Assembly: GCA_002269645.1 (NCBI GenBank)
Contig: NIVC01001113.1
Location: forward strand, 1-64,000
Reading direction: 5' to 3'
Source: Macrostomum lignano
Lineage: Eukaryota
DNA: 64,000 bases
In this document: positions 35,689 through 49,530 of the stretch, piece after piece
How the letters are laid out: every line of letters starts with the position of its first letter
How positions within the stretch are numbered: position 1 is the first letter of the stretch
The notes under the pieces: model-generated
What the model saw: the letters and a program-made list of their open reading frames with translations, nothing else
Told to the model about the DNA's origin: nothing
Databases searched by the model: none
Program-made: the position numbers and the translations under genes

Positions 35689-38082
35689 CTACACTGTATT
35701 GGCAGAAACAACTTCGAGCGTCACTTTTTCAGGCAACTGTTCCGACTGAGGTGAAGCAGCAATGGAAGCCGGGTCAGTCGGTGTAAAACTGCTCATCCTC
35801 GTTGCTGGCAGAGCACACGAGAGCAGAGCACCAACCGCCAGCACGCCTCCGGACAGCGACATCGGAGCCAAACAGCCCGCGTCGACCAGAGCGCCAAAAG
35901 TCACGGAGCCGAGTAGGGAGAAAACTCTGCACAGTGCATAACAGAATCCGATTGCGCTAGTCTGCACTTGAGTCGGCAGCAGTTCCACTGAAATCACATT
36001 GTAGGAGTTCCAGGCTACGGCCGATACGGCAGCGAATGCGCACGAGAACGCCAAGGCTTGCGTGTGCGACCAAACACCGGCTATGAGACCGGTGGTGGCG
36101 GCCATGAGGGCCAGACTGACTGACAGGAGGCGGCGCCTGCCAACGCGATTAATCAGTAATAGTGAGGCTAGGTTACCCGGTAGGTTCAACGTGTTCACAA
36201 GGAAGGCCTCCATGTAGGGCTTCGTAGCTGTCAGCATAGCCGGTTCGCATGCTGCGATGTGTGAGACGGTTGATTCAAAAATTTAAAATGAGTTAATTAG
36301 TTCACTGATTCTTATTGCCATCTGAAAAAGTTTTTTGGTGCATTTTTTGTCGAAAGGCTGACTGAATTCTTGCTACAGGACACTCCGCAACTGGGAATCC
36401 CGCAGTGAAAGGTCAAATTTGTCGTCGGTTTTTTCTATACACTCTTACAGGTAGACAGAAGCTCGGGACTAAATAGAAATTTTGCTTGTTACGTGCTAGA
36501 TAGGGAAGTGGCCCTACTACGAGCTAAGCTATGGGCTTTATTTTAAAATCAAGCTACCTGACCACGCGGAGGAACGATTCCCGTCGAATCCTTCGAACAG
36601 AGTTTGGTTGTCAGGCGTGGGCAATGCGCACACCGATGCAACGCCGCTCTCATCAACGTCCTCGCCTGAGAACTGGTGGGCCCGTTTGAAAAGCATTGGA
36701 AACCACAGCAGCAGGCCGTAAAAACTGAATGCCATGGCGCTGTTGATTGCCGCTAGAAGAAGGACGCTTCGTCTGTGACGACGATTGAGCAGATCGTTGA
36801 ACAGAGTCGAGATGCGAGCCGCGAAGGATGAAGCTGATCGAATGGCCTCACCTTGAGTCACTAATTCTGACTGTTTCTTTACTTCTAGGTGCTGAAACAA
36901 AAATAATCAACGTTTAACGTGGATTTACACTAGGGAAAAATTCAGCACTTCGGATAGATTAGCAAGGTAAATAAAAAGCTATGATGCTCAGATTTCTACT
37001 TGCCTGTTCATCAATTGCGACACCGTTGCGCTTCAGGCTATTGTCAACCGCCTTACTTAGCAAAGATATAGTGGGCTCAGTCCTGCCGCTACTCTGCAAA
37101 TGAAATATTGAAACATTAATTAACGCCTTTTGGTTGCCAAAAGACACTTTCGGGGCCTTGGAAGCTATGAGGCTCTATGGGATGCTCAGAGAGTGCATTG
37201 GGGCACAATGGGATGCTCTGTGAACTTCATTTTGACGGCATCGAATATGCGTTAGAATGTCCCCTGGGACAACTTCAAATGCTTTAAGTATATTGGGAAA
37301 ACTTATTCTGAACTTTTCCTCTGCCGAATCGATGTGGTGGCATGACGATGTTGTGATGACGAGTATATATATTTTCAAAATGATCAAAAAGCATTCTTCA
37401 CCTTCACAAGACAGCTCGGACTGTCTGGCAGGCAGAGGCCGAATGCCAGAGCAGCTAAAATAAATGGCAGCGCGCAGAGCGCCATGTACAGACGCCAGGC
37501 GCCAAAGCTCAGACTGCCAAGCTGGAAGAGTCGCCAATCGAGCGGCCTCGGCAGCAAGACCCAAGCTCCAGCCGAAGCTAACATGCCGCCAAGCATCCAG
37601 CAGCTGCTCAGAGCGGACACGGCTGAGCCGCGCGAACGACGCGGCTGCCACTCGGCAAAGTAGGACAGCGTCACCGGGAATGAGCCGCCGGTGCAAACTC
37701 CAACCAGGCAGCGGAGCAGCATTATCGCTAGGAAATTGGGCGCGCAAGCCGAGGCCAGGATGGCCACTGCGCCGATACTCAACGTGGCTGTCAGGGAGCC
37801 TCGACGACCAATCGAGGCGGTGTCGCTCACAGCGCCAACCAGTAGCGAGCCCAGCAGCATTCCGACAAATCCGGCGCCATTGACCAGACCGAGCTGTACG
37901 GAGTTGAGCTGGAGGTCGCATTCGGCCGCCGGCATAGCCAGAGAGGCGCAGACGATGCTGATCGAGTTGCCAATGCAGGCGGCGGTGCAAGCGAGTGAGG
38001 CGAGTAGGCGCAAACTGCGGCATCCGGAGCGCTCTAAGGCCGCGTCGACGTCTGCAGCTTCTTCGACTACGAAAGCTGACAA
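35689..38082 (-). CDS. SV2/SVOP-like major facilitator superfamily transporter (5' end unresolved)
   Basis: Exons (minus): about 38082-37402, 37093-37004, 36891-36558, 36251-35689, with consistent phases (0, 0, 1). Motifs include AECDLQL, GSLLVGAVSDTASIGRRG (MFS motif A), YFAEWQPRRSRG, PDSP, FYGLLLWFP, VGRRRLL and ELLPTQVQTSAIG. No in-frame ATG precedes TM1 before a stop near 38164, so an upstream exon is implied. Confidence 0.85.
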
Positions 38083-38939
38083 TTTTTCTGAAGCGTACCT
38101 TTCTTCCAGGGAACCTGGTCGAAAAATGTTTAAATCGGAAATGTCTTCCAGTTTCGCTTTTTTCTAGTCAAAGAAAACTCGTAGTCCGATTAAAGATGAA
38201 GTGCCTATAGACCCGTGCAAATATCCTAACTGTGTTTACTAAGCACTATATATTTGACTGTTTGCATTGCAAATCAATGGATTGGTAAATGGGATAATGG
38301 GAACTAAATTGAATTGCTGAGTACTCGACTCACAAAGTAAATAGTGCGTGGAAAAAAATAAAACAATCGACCGTAGATATGTACAATTTTTGTTTTCATT
38401 CAGTTCATTCAGTTTCGAATCAATGAGTCTTTGAGATACGAATTGAAGCGGGAAGAGACTACTATATTAGACTATGAAATCGTTTAAACACTCTACACAC
38501 GGTACATTTGTACATGTACAGGACATTTTGTTCCTCATTCTAGGAATTATTGAGTGTTGACAATGTTGACAAAGGCCCGCCGAGGTTTGCCCGCAATGCT
38601 TTTTTACTGCAGCGCATTTTAGCGCACTGCAGCGAAGATTTTGTCTGCATTGCCTCCCCAATGCTTAGTAAATAAGGATGAGTTAATAAAGAGTAGTAGT
38701 TAATAAAGAGATTTACCGATCAAAACGTTTTGATAGTAAATGCATATCAAATTCAATTTTTTCTTGGTGGTACGCTCGTATTCAGTTAACTGTACATGCA
38801 GGGGTACTGCATTGGTGAGTAAACTATTAATTAATGCATTTATGTCGCTTTGTCCCCCAAATCTCTTTTTAAAACCTACTGTACGCGGTACTATAAGCAT
38901 TGGGGGGGGGGGGGCAATGCAGGCAAAATCTGCCTAGGA

Positions 38940-39502
38940 CGCTGCACTCGAAATCTATGGTAAACGTTTTGAAGGCAACTTTTCGCCGAAAAAATACACT
39001 ACAGAAATAGGAGGTTTTACTTTTTTCAGCACAAAAATTGTTATTACTTTTGACAGGAGACAGATCCAGTGTTCATCCTTTCATATGTTGTGCCTTTCTT
39101 ATTGCTCTATCGATATTCATAAAGCTTTTTGTTCAGAAATAATTTTAAAGGCAGGTTTCACCGAAAAAATACACTATGGAGATAGGAAATTTCATGATTT
39201 TCAACACTAAAACAGTGATTGGGTCTCTTAACAGTGTCAGAGAAAGTTCTAATCACACTATTTTGTGCCTCACGTGCTGCTCTAACGACGCATTAATCGA
39301 TTTTTCATGTTAAATTGGTCTGTCACTTGAAAAAAACGTTTAAAATAAGGACGAGACCGGCGGCCAATCAAGGACTACTTAAGTAACATATATAGGACGC
39401 TACACTTGAAAAAACGTTTAAAATAATGACGAGACCAATTTAACATGAAAAGCGATTAATGCGTCGTTAGAGCAGCATGTGAGGCACAAAATAGTGGGAT
39501 TA
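38940..39502. mobile_element. Rearranged relic of the same foldback MITE family as 57169-57865
   Basis: 38961-39150 resembles the arm at 57218-57400. TIR-like CAAGGACTACTTAAGT lies at 39369. A ~72-bp inverted repeat pairs 39251-39321 with 39432-39502. Confidence 0.7.
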
Positions 39503-39712
39503 TAATCGGACAAATGAGGATCTATGTAGTAGATCTTTATTGGGACGAACACACCTGATGCGTCATAAAGAGATAGAATTTTTTATGATTCTACATGTAC
39601 ATTTCACTTATGTACATTTTTTGTACACATTTCACATTGCCGGTGAATAAAGAGCTCTAGAGACTTTCCGTGCATCATTTTTATCCTAGACAACAAAGAA
39701 TCTTCAGTAAGC

Positions 39713-39935
39713 CAGGCGCGTCGCCACTGGGGGGGGACAGGGGGGACATGTCCCCCCCAGTAAAAGCTATGGGGGCATGCCAATGTTTTGTCCCCACCCC
39801 ACCTTGTGACCCATTGATAGGATAGTAATCAATAATTTTTCTTCAGGGTGCTAAAATACAGAGCCTTCGGCGCCAAAATGAGTGCCTGCGGCGCTAAAAG
39901 GAATGCCTGAGGCGCCAAATGAGCGCTGACAACAC
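39713..39935 (+). mobile_element. Dispersed repeat, CAGG(G)GCGTCGCCAC family (other copies 61624-61830 on +, about 43085-43208 on -)
   Basis: Shared pattern: CAGG.GCGTCGCCAC-polyG-CATGTCCCCCC-AGTAAAAGCTATGGGGG, followed by GGCGCTAAAATGAGTG-type subrepeats in the two plus-strand copies. Confidence 0.7.
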
Positions 39936-41021
39936 CGATTCTCAAAATAATCGACATGTAGGAGTTTAGTCATGTTTTTTCTAGTGTTGTCTATGGCCCA
40001 ACCTACCTAATTCTAAAAAGTTTTCGAATTTTGATGGCTGTTTTTTAACTTAGCATTAGCTGAGACACTGCACTTACTATAGCCACATGAATACTACGAG
40101 CCAGTACAGTTAAAAACAATCCATCAGTCCATCATGCATCCCAACAAAGTGAATTTCGTGTGGTTCTTACATTTTTCAGTCTCCTTGTCAAAAACGGTTT
40201 CTCGCTCACCAGTCATACCTTGAAGTGTCCGGGTCGATATTAAACTTCCTTTTGAAACGCTTCTATGACGAGGAGCCACAGGTTTTGAAGGCTTTTTATT
40301 TGAAAAAAACGGTTATTGCACCAGAGCTAACCACTTCTAACCAGTGCCGAGTGAAATTCACTATTGGGGCTTGCAAGTTGCTGGAAAGTTGGGCTTATAG
40401 CTACATATATATCACAGAAAATGTCAGGGACTGACTTGGCTGTATTAAATTAGCTATAGTACTTCTGCGTTTACCTGCGGGTTACTACACTGCACCGTGC
40501 ATTCGGTTGTAAATGTCGCTCTAATTTATACTCTTGACTGAGTGATTTATAAAATACAGCGAAGAATTCTTGCATGACTGACAGGTGACAATTCTGTTTG
40601 GAATTCCAGTGACCGCAAAGTTGATTTTAGTGCGTTTGCACATTTCAGAGTATTGGCGCCAACTGATATAGATTATAGTGACCTCAAGCTGTTCGATAGG
40701 GGCTAGCGGAATAGGCGGTCTCCTCCGCCTCGCTGCATCCGCCGGTCGATGCCCCCTGCAACAAAGTCAAGTCAAGCCAGACCTCAGGCAGCAGAGTTCA
40801 TTGCCTACCGGGTATACGTACGGCTAACGTATCTGCAAGGGCGCAACATTCTTATCATTAGCCATTGGATTCATTTGTTAGGCCCAGACATTTTACTGGT
40901 ATAGTACACAATTTCCTCTATCAATGAAGTCACAGAACAATAAAGTTCAAATCGTACATTCTAATCCAAATACGGGTAGTTTCCAATTCAAATCGAGTCA
41001 AAAACGGATAAGCCGGTGCTT

Positions 41022-41899
41022 AAATGGGCTGTCCAAATGGGTGTCCAAATTGGTGTCCAAATGGGTGGTCCAAATGTGTGTCTAAATTATGTTTGAATTG
41101 TGTCCGAATGGGTTTATAAATGGGTGTCTAAATGGTGTCCAAATGGGTGGTCCAAATGTGCGTCTAAATTGTGTCTGAATTGTGTCCAAATGGGTTTATA
41201 AATGGGTGTCCAAATGGTGTCTAAATGGGTGGTCCAAATGTGCGTCTAAATTGTGTCTGAATTGTGTCCAAATGGGTGTCCAAATGGGTTTACAAATGGG
41301 TTTACAAATGGGTTTACAAATGGGTTTACAAATGGGTTTTCAAATGGGTGTCCAAATGGGTGTCCAAATGGGTTTATAAATGGGTGTCCAAATGGTGTCC
41401 AAATGGGTGGTCCAAATGTGCGTCTAAATTGTGTCTGAATTGTGTCCAAATGGGTGTCCAAATGGGTTTACAAATGGGTTTACAAATGGGTTTACAAATG
41501 GGTTTACAAATGGGTTTTCAAATGGGTGTCCAAATGGGTGTCCAAATGGGTGTCCAAATGGGTGTCCAAATGGGTGTCCAAATGGGTGTTTAATATGTTT
41601 CTGAAATGTGTCCAAATTGGTGTCTAAATGGGCCTTCCGAAATGGGTGTCTAATATGTGTCTTAAATGTGTCCAAATGGGTGTCTAATATGTGTCTGAAA
41701 TGTGTCCAAATTAGTTTCCAAATGGGTGTCCAAATGGTGTCCAAATTAGTGTCCAAATAGGTGTCCAAATGGGTGTCCAAATGGGTGTCCAAATGGGTGT
41801 CCAAATGGGTGTCCAAATCGGTGTCCAAATGGGTGTCTAATAGGTGTCTGAAATGTGTCCAAATTGGTGTCTGAATGGGCCTTCCGAAATGGGTGTCTA
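41022..41899. repeat. 12-bp minisatellite (CCAAATGGGTGT)n with a 178-bp higher-order duplication
   Basis: Direct reading. The block from 41242 recurs at 41420. Confidence 0.9.
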
Positions 41900-42496
41900 T
41901 CTGATATAATTTACACTGCATGTACATGTATGCATTTATGCCATTTGACAGTTAAGCTGGAAGAATTTTTCTTATTTCAAAACGAAAAAAATTATAGGAC
42001 TATTACAGTTTGTTTGACCTAGTTTTTTTAAACCGGTTAAGCCATGAGATGCTGCGTTTGAAAATAAAATCGCCATCTGATTAAACAGAAAATTAGGCTT
42101 ATGGCTACATGTAGGAAATTAGACCAAATAAAGTGATACACTATATCTATATAATATTTTTCAACAAGAAAGTATATCAAATTACATGTAAACTCGATCT
42201 TGTATTTTATCTAATCGTATATGCTGTGTAGCTACATACTATTATAGCGACTAGGCATTAGGCCTCTAGGAAATAATGTATCTGCATTTACTGTACCGTA
42301 CTGCATGGTATGAGTTGTCGTATGTTTCAAGTTTTGCATGAGAAAAAGAACTACATTTAGGAGTATAATTGCATTTTCAAATAGCTGTGAAAGCTAGTGA
42401 AATAGTTTTTTACAAAAGATTCAACGATATCGATGGTTTTCTGAGCTTAGGGCAGACACAGCTGATCCAATATAGCTCGTACTCACTTTTATCAAA

Positions 42497-42895
<399 letters not shown>

Positions 42896-45073
42896 AGTTT
42901 TACTGCTGACAGGGGTGTCGCCATTTATTTTATTGCAAAGAGGGAACAAAAGCCATGCGTAATTCTACATAAATTCCTACATTATTTTGGGAATCGGTGT
43001 TGTTAGCACTTATTTTGGCGCCGCTGGCGTTATAACTTTGGCGCTCTGAAGCAAAATTATATTGATGTCCATAACGGGGTCGCAATGCAAGTCGTCGAGC
43101 GTGGGGGGGGGGGGGGGCTGAGCATTTGGCAATCTCCCCACTGGGCATAGTTTTACCGGGGGGGGGGGACATTCCCCCTTTTTGCCCCCCCCCGTGGGAC
43201 GCTCACTGACTGTTAGTGGTGCGCTCCATGCGCTTATAACATTTTATAGACTTGATACATGTACGTAGTCTTCTAGGTTTAAGCACAACAGTTTTCAGCT
43301 TGATTTGTTGCCCTGCATATTCAGGGAAGGGATTACTGCCGCGTTCGAGACAATAAAAATCGTCTTTAGATCTTATTATACCTGACAACAAAAAATAAAT
43401 TAAAAGAATGAGTGCATGAGTGAATGCTAAAATATCCTTTCCATTTCGACATTAATCTACATACATTTGATATATCGGACACATTCATTTGACCTACTGT
43501 TAGTAGTTAAATGCATGAAAATGAATAACTCGGCAGTATTTAAAAAGTAAAAAAATGTATAAAGAATAATTGGCTTCTATAAATATTCCTAATTATTTAA
43601 TCTTAATCCTACAAGGAAAAGGACTAAACGATTTTTTTAAATAAAGTCTGATTTTAGCATAAAAGCGGCCGCGCATGATGTTGAAAATGAAATACTTTAC
43701 GAAAATTAGAGTGTACTAGACATGATAGATTGTCCTAATAGTTACAATAATTTCTTCCCTTGAGCTCTTCAAGACATTCGTAATGTACCTTCATGGTTCA
43801 TTACACTATGATGAATGGTTGCTCATGCATTATGCATGAAAGGTGCACCTAACAGCCTTAGCCATCTGAGTCCGAATGTCTTACATTTCAGAGGTTAATA
43901 AACAGCACTACACACTTCTCTACTCTCAATTGAGCAAAATATTTGCTTGATAGGGCCCTATGTGCACGTAAGTTAAGCCCTACGCACCGGATGATACGAA
44001 CGAAAGTATTTTTACTGTCGACAAAAAATTTGTTGACCCAGGATAATTTTTAAATGGATTTCTTGTCGCCAGTTGACACAGTATATTTAATGTCGAATGC
44101 AAACCTTATTTAAATGTTTAAATGTGTACGCATTACAGGTGTTTGTTAACCAAAGTTAAATAAAATTGTATTGGTTACTTTGTAATACTAATATCAACAG
44201 GTTTGTTTATATTTGTTTAATCACATAGTTAATGCCTTAATTTGAATTTAAGTCGAATTTGAATTGGATCGTAGTGTACTTTCTCTTGAACCGCGCGCCG
44301 GCGCTGCCGCTGTTAAAACTTTGTACTTTTCAAAAAGCAGTTTTTTTCACAACTTAGTCTGATTACAAACTTCAAGTAATGTCAATTTTTGTTTTACGAA
44401 AAAATGAGAAAGTTTCACGTGTATGATTATTTCATTTGCTAATTTTTACATTAGGCCTAGGTCTAGTTTTGTTTACAGTTGTTAGTTAATGGGCCTTTTT
44501 AACTGGAATAGGCCCCTAAACCCCAAGAATCTTAGAAACCCCTAGCCCTGAAATCCCTACTTACTTCCTTGAGTTCCTAATAACTATTAAATTTTTTATC
44601 TTTTTTAAATGACACCAGAGGCGTACCCAGGATTTTCCATTGGGGGGAATAATCTAGATCATGCTGAGTGGGTGTAAGACCAAGATGGCCACACACCAAG
44701 ATGGCCACAGCTGGGGTGGGGGTCACGGAAAATGACAGCTGGTTTACTATTGGATAGCTTCGGGTGGGGAGATGTGGGGTTGCAATGGGGGGTTTAGACA
44801 GGCAGTCAAAATTTTATTAGTTTATTGCAGGGCTAAAGACAAAAATGGTTACGAGTCTTAATTTCCTACTTATAGTAGGCCCCTAAGAGGTGTAAACATA
44901 TTTCGTATTAAACAAATCTCTTCATATAAAATCTGGTGTAGCTTTTTCCAGTTTCTCTTATTGGTCGAGACTAATTTACTTGTTTAAAGGGATAAAAACT
45001 GGGTAAATTTCATGCCCTGTTCAAAATTCATCTGTCTCATTCACTGACAGCAGTCTAAGCACTTAGATACAAA

Positions 45074-45790
45074 ATGGCAGGCGCATATCCATGTGTAGTC
45101 TGTCTGCGATGTTTGCGATGGACAAGAAGCAATTGAGTGTTCTCAATGCTTGAATTGGCAGCACCGTGCATGTGATAGTCGCGTCACAATCGATCAGTAT
45201 TCTGCAATGAGAAATGTCGGTGAGTTTTTCTGGCTTTGCAATCAATGCAATAGACGGGCTCCTGCAGGTAACTTAGCAGTGTCTCAAGCTGCAGATGCTG
45301 CAGTGGTACATGTACAAGCCCCGAATTCTGGACCAGCGGCTGTTCTGTCATGGCATGACACTGCACTGTCATGGCTCCGCAGTCTGCCGTGCTGATGGAA
45401 CCATAGAAGCCCTTGCTCCGCACACGTGCGATCCAGTTGATCGGCCAGCTCAGAAGAGAAAGGCAGCAAAGGACGTAAAGGAGGGAGCAAAGCGCATGTT
45501 GTTTACCTCTGCTAGAATTATCGCGGAGGAGAAGGTAAGAGAATTTTCACCTGAAGTGCAGGAGGTGCTTAGTATTGAGTCATTGAGTCGCAATGCTAAT
45601 TACAGTCGCAAAAAAGATCGCCCTATGGAACCTGTTGACGTACATTTCCAAGTTGATCCTAGACATGTACCTGCCCAGTTTCATTTGCAGGATGTGACAG
45701 TTCCTGAGACAAACGGGCGACACTTCGTCTTCATGACGACAACTCAGCGAGAACTATTATCAACCCGACGAATCTTGAAGTGCGACGGAA
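45074..45790 (+). pseudogene. Truncated, frameshifted Mutator-like (MULE) transposase with N-terminal PHD finger and FLYWCH-like region
   Basis: CVVC / VCDGQEAIECSQCLNWQHRAC...FWLCNQC gives C4HC3 spacing across a frameshift. It continues ...CHGSAVC...APHTC...RHFVFMTTTQRELLSTRRILKCDGT, matching the first MULE catalytic-Asp motif, and then breaks off. Confidence 0.7.
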
Positions 45791-45821
45791 CTCTATCCAT
45801 GCATCTATCCATACTATCACC

Positions 45822-46018
45822 ATCTATCCATGCCACCCGTACCTTATTGCCATTTCAGATCATAACGAGTTAAAAAAGCCAAAAAAATCCGCACTTACTT
45901 ATTTGTACTGCACCCATTGCTATAATTTGCTTGAACTTTGTCATCTATCCATGCCACCCGTACCATTGCCATTTCAGATCATAACGAGTTAAAAAAGCCA
46001 AAAAATCCGCACTTACTT
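45822..46018 (+). repeat. ~80-bp direct duplication at the transposase truncation point
   Basis: CATCTATCCATGCCACCCGTACC...CCGCACTTACTTA at about 45822-45900 and 45943-46018. Confidence 0.85.
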
Positions 46019-46754
46019 AGTTGCTGCACCCAATATAGCCCTGGAGCATATTTAAGAATCACCGTGCACATTTCTTGCCAGATATTACACTTTGTTTTAC
46101 GCTCAAATTTGGGATGGGGGGTTCATTGCGTCGCACTTACAGAGCAAACAGCCTTTACTTGGGCTAGTCACTGCATGTATGTGTGACTCAGTGCACTTCT
46201 GCCTCCGTAATTCATCATCATCTCATCATCCCCATCATTATGCATGATATTTCGTTACACTCAAGCCAACCCTAGAGCAACATTTTTTTCAATTGTGGCC
46301 TGTACTGATATGATACGATTGGAAGTCATAAATACAGTCTAAATAACTGACTGGCTTGCGTGGAGATAAAAATCTATCTGTATAAAACAGCTCACCTCAA
46401 ATCAGCCATAGCGTTAATTATTTTTCGTTGCAATCTTTTTTCAGTTTTAACATTTTTAGCCAACTGCTATGGTTGGTAACCATGATAACAATTTGGCTCG
46501 TAAATAAATAACTCAATATAGTGAATTTGCATGCAGCACTTAGCATGAAGCCTCAGATTTATTTATGTAAATATCATTTGTACTCTTTATGCACTGCGGC
46601 AAATTTGCACAGATATGAGATGCATGTATTTTTCAGCAAGTACGCAAGTACCCAAGAGACGCAAGGCTTCAATCAAAGTCTGACAATTCTGAAATCTTGT
46701 CAAATTAAGCCGAACCTCTAAATACATGTACAGATACAAGTCTGATACAAACAG

Positions 46755-47260
46755 AAGAGAGAAGAGATCAGATAGGAGAGATGAAAGAGGAGAAAGGAGA
46801 GATGAGAAAGCAGAGACGAGAAATGAGACAGTAGAGCTAGAACAGAGGAGAGAGGAGAGGGAAGAGATTATAGAGACGAGTGGAGAGAGAAGAGAAATAT
46901 GTGAGAGCAGACATGAGAGACAATGGGAGAAAATGGAGTGAAGGAGAAAGGAGAATAAAGGGGGAGAATCGAGAGGACAGGAAGAGAGGGGAAGGGAGAG
47001 AAGAGAGATGAGAGGAAAAAGAAGAATGGAGAAGGGAGAGAGTAGAAAGGAGAAGAGAGATGGGAGAGCAGGAGAGATGAGAGGGAGGAGAGAGTAGAGA
47101 GGGGAGGTGAAAGAGTAAAGGGGAGAAAGTTGAGAGAAGAGTTGGGAGAGTTGGGAAAAAAGAAGAGAGATGTTAAAGGAGAGTACAGATGAGAGATGAG
47201 AGAGAGGAGATAAGACAAGAAATAAATAATAGGAGAGAGGGTTGAGATGATAGAGGAGAG
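46755..47260. repeat. GA-rich low-complexity tract
   Basis: Almost purine-only on the plus strand. Confidence 0.9.
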
Positions 47261-47752
47261 AATTGAGAATTTCGCACTGACCTACGAGGTGCGAACAAAC
47301 ACGAGAAATCAAACTGAAATGTGCTAATTTTAACAGTCCTAGACTTCCATTGTTCCTACAAAATTTTAAACAGCGGGGCAGGACCTACTGCGGGGCAGAC
47401 CCATAGAATTTTTTCCGGTTTCCAAGATAATATTGACTTATAGGGAATAAACACATACCGTACGAGCTCAAATTTGAGCTCAAAGTTCGAGCTCAAATCC
47501 TAAATATTTAAACATCGCCACATGAGCACGGAGTCACAACATAGTTTGAATATGATGGAAAGCGCACGTAAATAAGCGAAAAGCGGTATCCAACGGGGCA
47601 ACACGAGCAATCTTTCAATACGCTAATTGGGAGGGGATTAAGCAATCACGGGCTGACTTCCATTCTGCCACTCAGCGGGGGTCGAACGGGAGACTAACTC
47701 CTAATAAATAAATTTTCTCAGTCCTATAATCTTTAATGGCATGACACGGCCT

Positions 47753-47956
47753 TCACACATGGGGCTCCAAGGCCTCCATGCTCCTTCCAGTGATTTTTTT
47801 AGAATAGTCTTTGGCTCTTAGCAAAGACAGCGCACTGCCCCCATCCACCAGAAGGTGGGTGGGCACATTCTTGATTGGATACTCTACAACAATATCTCTC
47901 CCGCGTTGCCTTCTAGCTGGCCTCAGCTGGTACAAGTCGGGCACTTTTTCAAACAT
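47753..47956 (-). mobile_element. Retroviral-type aspartic protease remnant (Ty3/gypsy-like)
   Basis: IVVEYPIKNVPTHLLVDGGSALSLL resembles the hhhD(T/S)G(A/S)xxShh active-site motif. No neighbouring RT is seen. Confidence 0.5.
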
Positions 47957-48303
47957 AGGCTTCTTTCCTATGTTTGCTATCTATCTTTTCTATCTTTCCT
48001 TCTTTCCTAAGGGGAGAGAGTGGAGACCAGAGATAAATAAGAAGAGAGAGCAAAGATGAAAGAGAAGAAAGGTGAGGGAAGATCGACGAGAGAAGATGGG
48101 AGAGAGGAGATAGGAAAGAAGAGAAGAGAAGAGAGAGAGAGGAAACAAAAGAGAAGATAGAGTTTCAAAGGATCCGAGGGACATAGAGAGAGACAGGAGG
48201 CCAGAGATTTTGCCGATACATGTTTTCGAAAGACAAGTTTTTGTTTGAGTATGACTTCAGATTTTAGAACTAGATATAAGCTGAGCTGAGAGAGAAGATG
48301 AAA

Positions 48304-48503
48304 GTAGAGGCTGAGAGTAGAGAGAGGCTGAGAGCAGAGAGGGGCTGAGAGCAGAGAGGGGCTGAGAGTAGAGAGGGGCTGGGGATGGAGGTTGAAAGTG
48401 GATAGAGGCTGAGAGTAGAGAGAGGCTGACAGTGGAGAGGCTGAGAATAGAGAGGTTGAGAGTAGATAGAGGCTGAGAGTAGAGAGGTTCAGAGTAGAGA
48501 GGC
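48304..48503. repeat. ~17-bp degenerate minisatellite (CTGAGAGTAGAGAGAGG)
   Basis: Direct reading. Confidence 0.8.
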
Positions 48504-48581
48504 TAGTTCACGTTGTTCTCAATCCCATTCCACTATACATGTAGTTTTTATCTAATGTGACTAAGCCAGGTGCTTTTAGTG

Positions 48582-49530
48582 CAGGGGTTGGCAAACTTTT
48601 TACCTCGATTGAGAACCCAGCTCATGACTGCCCTTCTAGTCCGCTTCGTTGGCCCCCAAAGCGAAGCGAGGAGTCCTGATGACAGAGCGGGCCAGAGGTG
48701 AGGAGAGAGGGTAAGGAATAGAGAAGAGAAATACAAGCATAGGATAAAGGAGAGGCGAAGGAATAAAGGAGAAGAGAGTTGATGAGAGGAGAGATTATAT
48801 ACGAGCGGAGAGAGAGGAGAGGGAGATTAATGGAGAGGAGAAAGGAGGGAAGGGAGAAGAGAATGAAGAGGAAAAGGGAGATGATAGCAAAGAGGTGAGA
48901 AGAGAGGAGAGGATAGACATGAGGAGAAAGGAGAGGAGAGAGGTGAGGGCAGAGATGAGAGAGGAGAGGGCAGAGATGAGAGAGAGAAAAGATGAGAGGA
49001 GAGGGCAGACATGAGAGAGAAAAGATGAGAGAAGAGGGCAGACATGAGAGAGAGAATAGATGAGAGAGAGGCAAGAGATGAGAGAGAGAAAGATGATACA
49101 GGAGAGGGCAGAGATGAGAGAGAAAAGAGAGAAGAGGGCAGACATGAGAGAGAATAGATAAGAGAGGAGAGGGCAAGAGATGAGAGAGGAGAGGGCAGAG
49201 ATGAGAGAGAGAAAAGATGAGAGAGAGGGCAGACATGAGAGAGAAAAGATGAGAGAAGAGGGCAGACATGAGAGAGAGAATAGATGAGAGAGAGGCAAGA
49301 GATGAGAGAGAGAAAGATGATACAGGAGAGGGCAGAGATGAGAGAGAAAAGAGAGAAGAGGGCAGACATGAGAGAGAATAGATAAGAGAGGAGAGGGCAA
49401 GAGATGAGAGAGGAGAGGGCAGAGATGAGAGAGAGAGAGAGAAAAGATTAGAGACGAGAGGGCAGAGATGACAGAGAAAAGAAAAGAGACGAGAGTGCAG
49501 AGATGAGAGAAAAGATGAGAGACAAGAGGC
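48582..49530. mobile_element. hAT-like end followed by a GA-rich tract
   Basis: Begins CAGGGGTTGGCAAAC, continues AGAACCCAGCTCATG and GCGGGCCAGA, then about 800 bp of GA-rich repeats. No TSD found. Confidence 0.5.

Noticed and set aside
40698-40760. GC-rich hairpin considered as an HDV-like ribozyme
   Set aside because: I could not fit the P1/P2/P3 nested pseudoknot or the catalytic C context.
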